NCBI GenBank assembly: GCA_965208725.1
Contig: CBDBPI010000001.1
Location: 732,687 to 796,686, forward strand
Direction: 5' to 3'
Source: Dehalococcoidia bacterium
GTDB lineage: Bacteria > Chloroflexota > Dehalococcoidia > Lucifugimonadales > GCA-2712585
Length of the DNA stretch: 64,000 nt
Position 1 is the stretch's first letter, and each line of letters opens with the position of its first letter. Shown in pieces: positions 56,574 through 63,865 of this stretch. The translations under genes were made by a program, and so were the position numbers. The notes under the pieces are model-generated. The model was given only the letters and a program-made list of their open reading frames with translations, made no database searches and had not been told where the DNA came from.

Positions 56574-57695
56574 ATGAACAGCAGCGACGTTGTAATCGTA
56601 GGTGGAGGCGCCGTCGGCTGCGCTACCGCCTATTTCCTGTCCCAAGCGGGCGCAAATGTCACGGTCATCGAAAAGAACCGCATCGCCTTCGGCGCCTCCG
56701 GTTTCGCAATGGGGTTGTTGAGCCCCCTCTACGGCATGGGCATCCCCGGCCCGCTGGAAGGACTGTCCCTCAACGGCTTCCTCATGCACCGCGATCTCGC
56801 CGCCGAACTCCCCGACGCCACCGGCGTCGACTACCACGCCCACCCCCACGACTCCATCTACCTTTCCCTCTCCGACGAGGATGAAGAAGGGTTGAAGGGC
56901 ATTGCGTCCTACTCCGGCAACGTCGATGGGGTCTCCTACCAGTGGCTGGAGAGACAACAACTCCGGAGCATCGAGCCGCGATTGACCCCCGCCGCCGAGC
57001 GCGGAATGCTCGTCCAGGGCACCTGGGTGCTGGAGGCCGACAAGTACACGGAAGCCCTCGCCGAAGGCGCAAAACTTCACGGCGCCACGTTCCTTGACCG
57101 CGCCGTCACCGGCCTCGCCCGCCGCTCCACCGGCGCGGTTGTCCAGACCGATCAGGGCGACATAGAGGCCGACGCCGTTATCCTCGCCATGGGCCCCTGG
57201 ACCGGCGACGCCGAGAAGTGGCTAGGCGTACCCATACCCGTCGGCCCCCTAAAAGGCCAGATTGTCCGAATGAACATCGGCGGGCCGCCCGTTACCTGCT
57301 CCGTTCACTACGCCAGCAACTACGCCGGGCAAAAAGCCGACGGCCTCACCTGGATCGGCACCACCGAGGAGCGCGTTGGCTTCGACAACGAACCTACTAT
57401 GGAAGCACGTGAGCGCATCATCCGCGAAGTCGGAGAATTTTTCCCGCCCGCGCTGACGGGAAAGGTTGTCCATCAAACGGCCTGCCTGCGTCCCGTGGCC
57501 CCCGACGGCCTCCCCGTCATCGGCCCCGTCCCCGGCTGGGAGGGTGTCTACCTCTCCACCGGCGCCGGACGCAAGGGCATCATCCTCAGCCCGTCCATGG
57601 GTAAGTTGACCGCGGAAATGGCCTTGGGCAGCGGCGACGAAATGGCAATCGCCGCCTTCTCCCCCGTCCGCTTCAGCTCCATAGCCCCGTGCTGA
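56574..57695 (+). CDS. FAD-dependent oxidoreductase (DAO/glycine oxidase-like)
   Basis: DVVIVGGGAVGCATAYFL dinucleotide-binding motif. Start at MNSSDVV with a GGAGG SD. Confidence 0.85.
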   Translation: MNSSDVVIVGGGAVGCATAYFLSQAGANVTVIEKNRIAFGASGFAMGLLSPLYGMGIPGPLEGLSLNGFLMHRDLAAELPDATGVDYHAHPHDSIYLSLSDEDEEGLKGIASYSGNVDGVSYQWLERQQLRSIEPRLTPAAERGMLVQGTWVLEADKYTEALAEGAKLHGATFLDRAVTGLARRSTGAVVQTDQGDIEADAVILAMGPWTGDAEKWLGVPIPVGPLKGQIVRMNIGGPPVTCSVHYASNYAGQKADGLTWIGTTEERVGFDNEPTMEARERIIREVGEFFPPALTGKVVHQTACLRPVAPDGLPVIGPVPGWEGVYLSTGAGRKGIILSPSMGKLTAEMALGSGDEMAIAAFSPVRFSSIAPC

Positions 57696-58596
57696 AGTAA
57701 CGCTCGCCGATGTCGTTGAAAATCGTCACCACCTTCCCCTCTCCCACCCTCTCTGCGACGATAAACGCCCCCAGCACGTAGGCCCCCGAGCTCTGCCCGG
57801 CGAACAACCCCTGCGACGCCAGCTCCTGTGACACGGCCCGCGCCTCGTCGATGTCTATGGACAGCATCTCGTCCACCACGCTCTCGTCCAGCGTCTGCGG
57901 CGTAATGTGCCCCGGCCCCAGCGGCTTCAGCCCCTCCACGCCGGGCCATTCCGGCGGATTGACGCCGATGACCTGGATATCCGGGTTATGCTCTTTCAGC
58001 CGACGCCCAACCCCGCTGATGGTCCCGCCCGTCCCCACGCCCGCCACGAAGTGGGTGATGTCCGGCGCCTGACGCAGAATCTCCTCGCCGGTTGTGTCGT
58101 AGTGGGCCTGCGGATTGAACTCGTTGGAGTACTGGTCGCACCAGAAATACCGCTCCGGCTCCCCCTCGTACCGGCGCTTCACCTCCCGCAGCGTCTCGTC
58201 GTAGCCCAGCATCGGGTCGGTAAAGATAATCTCCGCGCCGTGGGCCAGCAGCCGCTTCTTCCGCTCCTGGCTCGCGTTCTCCGGCATCACCAGCGCCACC
58301 CGGTAGCCCAGCACCGCGCCAATCATGGCGTACGCGATGCCCGCATTCCCCGATGTGGCATCCAGAATGATCTTATCCTTCGTCAACTCCCCCGAAAGAA
58401 TCGCCTCTCCCAACATCCGCAACACGGGACGGTCCTTGATGGAGCCGCCGGGATTCAGATGCTCATACTTGGCGAAGACGGGCGCGCCGCCCCGGCTGTT
58501 CGGGATTCGCGCCAGCGGCGTATTCCCGATGGCCTTCAGCGGCGGATACCCGTCCAGAAACTCCAGAAACTCCTCAGATAGGGACACCCAGCACAA
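57673..58596 (-). CDS. cysteine synthase (CysK/CysM family, PLP-dependent)
   Basis: IGNTPL..., NPGGSIKDRP (PLP lysine), TSGNAGIA. Confidence 0.88.
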   Translation of the reverse strand: MCWVSLSEEFLEFLDGYPPLKAIGNTPLARIPNSRGGAPVFAKYEHLNPGGSIKDRPVLRMLGEAILSGELTKDKIILDATSGNAGIAYAMIGAVLGYRVALVMPENASQERKKRLLAHGAEIIFTDPMLGYDETLREVKRRYEGEPERYFWCDQYSNEFNPQAHYDTTGEEILRQAPDITHFVAGVGTGGTISGVGRRLKEHNPDIQVIGVNPPEWPGVEGLKPLGPGHITPQTLDESVVDEMLSIDIDEARAVSQELASQGLFAGQSSGAYVLGAFIVAERVGEGKVVTIFNDIGERYFSTGLWS

Positions 58597-58743
58597 CCTC
58601 GTCCAGTGATTTGGGGAAGAAAACCGCTTTCCTTCTAGGACTCATGCGCCCCCTTCCACCAATCGAGTATATCTATTGCAGGTTTGGGCGTAAAGCTTGA
58701 GGAGTTTAGGAGGAGTTAATTCCCAAAAGGACCATTTTGCCTA

Positions 58744-58773
58744 TTTACAGCTATAGTATCCATGTTCTAGTAT
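58744..58773 (+). promoter_or_regulatory. promoter upstream of the capsid gene (phage-like module 3)
   Basis: TTTACA (58744-58749), 18-nt spacer ending GTTC, TAGTAT (58768-58773). SD AAGGAGG; ATG at 58806. Confidence 0.4.
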
Positions 58774-58805
58774 CTCCTCATCAAACATTTCAAGGAGGTG
58801 CTTCA

Positions 58806-59696
58806 ATGGCATTAACTCTCACGGAATCCGCAAAACTCTCCCAGGATATGCTCCTCACCGGAGTCATCGAGACCATCGTCAAGGACAGCCCCGTCCTCCA
58901 GACCATCCCCTTCATCGAGGTGGTCGGCAACGGCCTCACCTACAACCAGGAAAAGGCCCTTCCCTCCGTCTCCTTCTACGAACCCGGCGACACCTGGACC
59001 GAGTCCACTCCCACCTTCACCCAGGTCACCGCCAACCTCAAGATCCTCGGCGGCGACGCCGACGTCGACAACTTCGTCAAGGCCACCCGCTCCAATCTGC
59101 AGGACCTGGAGGCCACCATCGTCGCCCTCAAGTCCAAGGCCACCCAGCAGCAGTTCGACACTACCTTCATCGACGGCGACACCGCTACCGACTCCAAGGC
59201 CTTCGACGGCATCGACAAGCTAACCGCTGACACCCAGACCGTCGCTATGGGGGCCAACGGCGGCGCCCTCACCCTCGACAAGCTGGACGAGACCATCGAC
59301 AAGGTCCGCGGCGGCAAGCCCGACATGCTCATCATGAGCCGTCGCTCCCGCCGCAAGCTCTCCGCCCTGGGCCGCGCCGTCGGCAGCGGCATCGTTGTCA
59401 CCGACAGAAACGGGTTAGGCATGATGACCGACTACTACGACGGCATCCCCGTCGGCGTCAGCGACTTTGTCAGCGACGAAAAGACCGTCGGCAACAAGAG
59501 CGACTGTTCAACCATCTACGCCCTCCAGTGGGGCGAAGGCGCCGTCGCCGGCCTCACTTCCCCTGGCGGCCTTCAGGTGGAACGTGTCGGCAGCCTCGAG
59601 ACCAAGGACGCCACCCGCGTCCGCGTCAAGTGGTACGTCGCCATCGCCGTCTTCAATGCCCTCAAGCTGTCCAGGCTAACCGGCGTCCGCCCCTAA
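58806..59696 (+). CDS. HK97-fold major capsid-like protein
   Basis: MALTLTESAKLSQDMLL...GGDADVDNF...LTLDKLDETIDKVRGGKPDMLIMS. The size (297 aa) and these motifs resemble phage major capsid families. Followed by an adaptor-like gene. Confidence 0.65.
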   Translation: MALTLTESAKLSQDMLLTGVIETIVKDSPVLQTIPFIEVVGNGLTYNQEKALPSVSFYEPGDTWTESTPTFTQVTANLKILGGDADVDNFVKATRSNLQDLEATIVALKSKATQQQFDTTFIDGDTATDSKAFDGIDKLTADTQTVAMGANGGALTLDKLDETIDKVRGGKPDMLIMSRRSRRKLSALGRAVGSGIVVTDRNGLGMMTDYYDGIPVGVSDFVSDEKTVGNKSDCSTIYALQWGEGAVAGLTSPGGLQVERVGSLETKDATRVRVKWYVAIAVFNALKLSRLTGVRP

Positions 59697-59912
59697 CCCC
59701 CTCCCCCTTCTTCCCCACTCTTCCCCACCCCCGCGAACGCGGGGGCCCACTCGCCAACGGGAATCGCGAAACCCCGCCACGCTCCCCCTCCTTCGTCATT
59801 CCTGCGAAAGCAGGAACCCACGGCGGGGCGGGGCCGAGGGGCAACCCTCTACCGTTCATCCTGAGCCTGTCGAAGGACCCCCCGTAGGGGCGGGTTTCAA
59901 ACCCGCCCTCCC
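59697..59912. repeat. mosaic REP-like array 5 (families H, B, B', C, A)
   Basis: aaccccctcccccttcttcccc; ccccacccccgcgaacgcgggggcccactc; attcctgcGAAAgcaggaa; ttcatcctgagcctgtcgaaggac; cgtaggggcgggtttcaaacccgccc. Confidence 0.85.
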
Positions 59913-59948
59913 ATCCCAAACCACCACCAAACATAAGGAGACCCCAAA

Positions 59949-60572
59949 ATGACCCTTACCGAAATGCGAAACCGCCTGCGGATAGACCTTCACGACGAAG
60001 ACTCCGCAAACTACCTCTGGACCGACGACCAACTCAACCGCCACCTCGGCCGCGCCGTGCGCGAACTCAGCGCCGTCCAGCCCCAGCCTGACGTGGCAAC
60101 CGTAAAGACCGGCTCCGACGGACGCTCCGTGACCCTGACCTCCCTCTCTGACCTCGTCCGCATCGAAGCCGTTGAATTCCCCCTCAACGAAATCCCGCCC
60201 TCTTACATAGACTACAGCCTCCGCGGTGCCGCCCTGACTCTGCTAACGTACCAACCGCCCAAGCCCAACGAGTCCGTGAGGGTCCACTACGGACGCCTTC
60301 ACACTCTGGACGACGACACCTCCACCATCCCACCCCACCTTGAAGAACTCGTCATCACCGGCGCCGCGGGTTACGCCGCCATGGACTGGTCCGTCCACGC
60401 CATCAACAGCATCAACCTTGGCGGCCCAAACACCTGGCGACACTTCCTGGTCTGGGGACAGGAGAAGCTGGCCCACTTCCGACAGGGCTTGGCCGCCCTG
60501 AGCCGCCGGGCCGGACTGCGAGTGCGCCGTCTCTACCGCCCTGTACACCAGCCCACTGCTGGAGGACTATAG
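59949..60572 (+). CDS. phage head-tail adaptor/head completion-like protein
   Basis: MTLTEMRNRLRIDLHDEDSANYLWTDDQLNRHL... is a typical adaptor N-terminus. Position after the capsid gene. Its stop overlaps the next gene's GTG. Confidence 0.45.
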   Translation: MTLTEMRNRLRIDLHDEDSANYLWTDDQLNRHLGRAVRELSAVQPQPDVATVKTGSDGRSVTLTSLSDLVRIEAVEFPLNEIPPSYIDYSLRGAALTLLTYQPPKPNESVRVHYGRLHTLDDDTSTIPPHLEELVITGAAGYAAMDWSVHAINSINLGGPNTWRHFLVWGQEKLAHFRQGLAALSRRAGLRVRRLYRPVHQPTAGGL

Positions 60573-62569
60573 TGCGCTCCCTTTCTCAAACGCTATTGGA
60601 TGCACAGCGCTACTCTCGCCGTCAGCCCCACCTGGGCGTGACCGTGGATCGGCGGCTTCCCCACGTGTTCCATCCCGTCTTCTCCCGGCTTCAGAATCTG
60701 GACGAGACCCCCTCCCGCCACGACCTCCACCTCACCTCAACCAGGACTCTCATCCGGGCCCGCGTCTCCCGCTCCAACTCCAGGCTCTACGTCCAGCGCG
60801 TCGCCGGAGCCGGATCAAACAGCAGCTTCACCCAGTGGACGTACCTGAACCGCGCCTATCCCGACGCCGGAGTCGCCCTATGCGGCAGCGGCTCCTACGT
60901 CCTCATGGTCTATGTCCACTACAGCAACCGACGCGAGATCCGATACCGCGAAAGTACCGACGACGGCGTCACCTGGAGCAGTGACAGTCGCCTCGTCTAT
61001 CCCTCCGTCGGCGGCGTATCCCACCTCACCGCGGCCATGAGCCCTGCCGGAAAAGTGGGACTCTTCTTCACCGGAACCAACAACAACCTCTACGCCATGA
61101 GGCGGCTCGACGGAAGCTGGACCGCCCCCGCATCGTGGCCTCAGTCCTCCTACGTCAGGCAGATTTCCGGCATCGCCTCCGCATACGGCGACGACTGGAA
61201 CGTGGTCGTCTGCGGCACAACCTCCACCGGCTCCTCCCGCGTGTGGACCATGATTTACGGCGACGGTACGGAGCAGGCCCGCGGCCAGTGGTCCAGCATC
61301 ACCAGCCTCACCCGCGCCGATGGCGGCTCCCGGGTTTCCTTCTCCCATCCCTATCTGGCAAATGCCGACACCAACCGTCTCTTCTTCAAAGAGTCCTACG
61401 ACGGCTCCGATTCCTACGGTCGCGCCTTCTGGACCTTCACCCCTCAGAGCGCCTCCTTCCTGACTGCCCGGTGGCGCGAGCCCATCCCCTTCGACGCCGA
61501 CCCCTACGCCGGTGTGGCCGTTGCTGGAAACTCCACCACCCTCTGGCTTGGAACCTCAACCCAGGTCTGGCGAGCCGCCGCCGGTCCTCAGCTGGACCTG
61601 ACCGACGACCTTCTGGAGGCGCATCTGACGGAAGGCGCTGCTGGTGGTCAAGCCACCCTGCTCCTTCGCAACGACAATGGCCGCTACAACGGTGCCGGCG
61701 TCGAAAGCGCATCGCCCCTGGTGCCGGGCGCGCGGGTCCGCTTCAACCCAGGCTATGTCACCCCTAAAGGTGTCGAGCGCTCCCCCGGCCCCGCCTACTG
61801 GATTGCAGGACTGGAGCGCCGTTCAGGCCACGGAAAGGCCCGCCTCGCCCTCTATCTGGAGGACGGCTGGTCCCTGCTGGAACGATGGCGCGCACGCTAT
61901 CAGCACAACTGGATCAAGGGCTTCACCTCCGTCGAGGACATCATGGAGTTCATCCTTGCCAGGGCCGGTTTGAGCCTGGAAGTCCTCAGCGCCAGCCAGG
62001 TTTTCAGGAGGCAGCGCCCTGCCTTCACCATCCACCCGAACGCCACCGCAGCCGACGCCGTCAAGCGGCTCATGTCCACCGTGCCGGACGTTCTCTACTT
62101 TCGGCAGGGCAGCCCCGCCGTGAAGCTGCTCGATCCCTCCGATGCCGCCGATTACTCCTACGGCGCGGACCATCCCATCATCAACGGCCGATATCTATAC
62201 CGGCCGTCCCGCTACAACCGCATCCAGACCTTCGGCCTAAACAGGCTCCAGGAGTCCCTCGACTGGGACTCCGTTGCGGCAATGTCGGACAGGCTCCTGC
62301 AGGTCTACGACATTAACCAGGAGACCTCCGACTCCGCAAAGAAGAGGAGCGACAGCCTCCTCGCCAAGGAACGACTCGCCACCCGGGGAGGACTTCTGGA
62401 AGCCCCTGTCAACTGTGGCTTGGAACTCTACGACGTAATCGGCATCACGGACCCCGCCGCCGGTCTCAACGGCGCCAGGCGGCGAGTCACCGGCATAGAC
62501 CTCAAGTACCGACGAGGCCCGAACGCCCCACCCCTCTACCGCCAGACCCTGACCCTCTCGGGAGTATGA
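60572..62569 (+). CDS. phage tail hub-like protein: BNR/sialidase-like N-terminal half fused to a gpD/gp27-like C-terminal half
   Basis: Asp-box STDDGVTWSS and propeller-like repeats in aa 1-330. The C-terminal half (ATLLLRNDNGRYN...VRFNPGY...YWIAGLERR...ARLALYLEDGWSLL) resembles late-control-D/hub proteins. Confidence 0.45.
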   Translation: MRSLSQTLLDAQRYSRRQPHLGVTVDRRLPHVFHPVFSRLQNLDETPSRHDLHLTSTRTLIRARVSRSNSRLYVQRVAGAGSNSSFTQWTYLNRAYPDAGVALCGSGSYVLMVYVHYSNRREIRYRESTDDGVTWSSDSRLVYPSVGGVSHLTAAMSPAGKVGLFFTGTNNNLYAMRRLDGSWTAPASWPQSSYVRQISGIASAYGDDWNVVVCGTTSTGSSRVWTMIYGDGTEQARGQWSSITSLTRADGGSRVSFSHPYLANADTNRLFFKESYDGSDSYGRAFWTFTPQSASFLTARWREPIPFDADPYAGVAVAGNSTTLWLGTSTQVWRAAAGPQLDLTDDLLEAHLTEGAAGGQATLLLRNDNGRYNGAGVESASPLVPGARVRFNPGYVTPKGVERSPGPAYWIAGLERRSGHGKARLALYLEDGWSLLERWRARYQHNWIKGFTSVEDIMEFILARAGLSLEVLSASQVFRRQRPAFTIHPNATAADAVKRLMSTVPDVLYFRQGSPAVKLLDPSDAADYSYGADHPIINGRYLYRPSRYNRIQTFGLNRLQESLDWDSVAAMSDRLLQVYDINQETSDSAKKRSDSLLAKERLATRGGLLEAPVNCGLELYDVIGITDPAAGLNGARRRVTGIDLKYRRGPNAPPLYRQTLTLSGV

Positions 62570-62584
62570 CATGACAATCAAAAA

Positions 62585-62758
62585 CCATCCCCCACCACCG
62601 AACCCCCTCCCCTTCTTCCCCCTCTCCCGTCCTGGGAGAGGGTTAGGCCTGTCCTGAGCTTGTCGAAGGGGTGAGGGTCCCTCTTACCTCTTCCCCCTTG
62701 ACGGAGGAAGATTGAGATGGGGGTGATTCCCAATCAACCAAAACCCAACACAGGTGAA
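62585..62758. repeat. mosaic REP-like array 6 (families H, D, C, E) bracketed by a 16-bp direct duplication
   Basis: Flanked by ACATGACAATCAAAAA at 62569-62584 and 62759-62774. Confidence 0.85.
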
Positions 62759-62760
62759 AC

Positions 62761-62973
62761 ATGACAATCAAAAAAGGCATCATCAAGGCTTTCAGCTCCT
62801 CAACCTACAAGGCCACCGTCCAGATGGAAGGCAGCCTCTCCGTCTGGGTAAGCTCCGTCCCCGTCGCCCGCAACATATCCTCCTCCCAGGTCCAAACCGG
62901 CAGACGCTGCGCCATCCTCTTCTTCAGCGAAGAGAACAAAAACGACGCCGTAGTCTTCGCCGTCTACACCTAA
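62761..62973 (+). CDS. small OB-fold-like protein (gpV/gp5 spike N-domain-like)
   Basis: KGIIKAFSSSTYKATVQMEGS...VPVARNI...GRRCAILFFSEENKNDAVVFAVY follows the G.V..v....a.V.......l..vpv......G..v.vlf......avv.avy pattern. Confidence 0.4.
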   Translation: MTIKKGIIKAFSSSTYKATVQMEGSLSVWVSSVPVARNISSSQVQTGRRCAILFFSEENKNDAVVFAVYT

Positions 62974-63625
62974 CCCCCTCTCCCGTCCCTCACTCCCCAC
63001 CCCCGCGAACGCGAGGGCCCACTCTTCACCCCCCAAACCCACATGTCATTCTGAACGCAGTGAAGCGAATTGAAGAATCTCGTTGCCGTAGCAACCCAAC
63101 TCCCCCAACCGCTCATCCTGAGCCTGTCGAAGGGTCGAGCGGTGAGCGCCCCCTGTAGGGGCAGGTTTCAAACCTGCCCGCCCCCTCTTTCCCCTCTCCC
63201 GTCCTGGAAGAGGGTTGGGGTGAGGGTATCGCCCCCAAAGTGACACTCCCTCTTGCCACCAAACACCAAACTTGCTGCAACGCAGTTGCCCCACCCTCGC
63301 GAAAGCGGGGGTCCACTCTTCCCCCACGCCAAAGACTCCCGGTAGGGGCACGTTTCAAACCTGCCCTTCTTCCCCTTCACCCACGTCCAGCCCGTAGGGG
63401 CGGCTCGCCCTCCTGTCTTACCTCTTCCCCCTTGACGGGGGAAGATTGAGATGGGGGTGATCCCTTCTCCCTTCCCACCCCCGCGAAGGCGGGGGCCCAC
63501 TCTTCACTCACGTCCAACTCTTCCCCATAACTGCCTATCTTCCCTTTTTGTCTCTCTTGCCACCAAACCCCTCACCAACCACCAACTTTGCGAAACTTGC
63601 CGCAACGCAGTTGCCCCCTAGCCAC
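62974..63625. repeat. mosaic REP-like array 7 (about 13 units of families D, B, F, C, A, G, E)
   Basis: Examples: ccccacccccgcgaacgcgagggcccactc (about 62995); gtcattctgaacgcagtgaagcgaattgaagaatctc (about 63045); gctcatcctgagcctgtcgaagggtcgagcgg (about 63110); gtaggggcaggtttcaaacctgccc (about 63156); cccctctcccgtcctggaagagggttggggtgagggt (about 63191); cttcccccttgacgggggaagattgagatgggggtga (about 63423). Confidence 0.85.
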
Positions 63626-63656
63626 GCCCACCCCATCAACGTTACAATGCTACCGC

Positions 63657-63742
63657 GCCGAAGTGGCGGAATGGTAGACGCGCCGGTCTCAAAAACCGGT
63701 GGGGGTTTCCCCGTGTCGGTTCGAATCCGACCTTCGGCACCA
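63657..63742 (+). tRNA. tRNA-Leu (anticodon CAA), class II with long variable arm, CCA encoded
   Basis: Acceptor GCCGAAG/CTTCGGC. Anticodon stem CCGGT/ACCGG with loop CTCAAAA. Variable arm GGGGGTTTCCCCG. T-arm GTCGG-TTCGAAT-CCGAC. Discriminator A plus CCA. TACAAT -10-like box at 63643-63648. Confidence 0.9.
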
Positions 63743-63865
63743 CTCACCGCCCCCCAATTTCCCCATACTTACACTACAATGATGTATATTATGGTATGTA
63801 GCCTATGGTAGAATGCGCCAAAGTGCTTCCTCTTCGAGCAGCATTGCATTCTAGGAGGTGTGACT

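Noticed and set aside
58806-59696. Encapsulin shell protein rather than a phage capsid
   Set aside because: Terminase, portal-like, scaffold-like and adaptor-like genes accompany it. No cargo protein with a targeting peptide is adjacent, and the N-terminus does not resemble the encapsulins I know. Only a structure or HMM comparison could settle this.
62974-63625. CRISPR array (also considered for the arrays at 50011, 52568, 56243 and 59697)
   Set aside because: The repeat units belong to several different families with variable order, orientation and spacing. There is no single repeat with uniform spacers, no leader and no cas genes.
44274-63742. Complete prophage integrated at tRNA-Leu
   Set aside because: There is no integrase and no duplicated tRNA 3' segment (att). 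Lysogeny, replication, tail-tube and lysin genes are absent. Housekeeping genes on both strands interrupt the structural genes.
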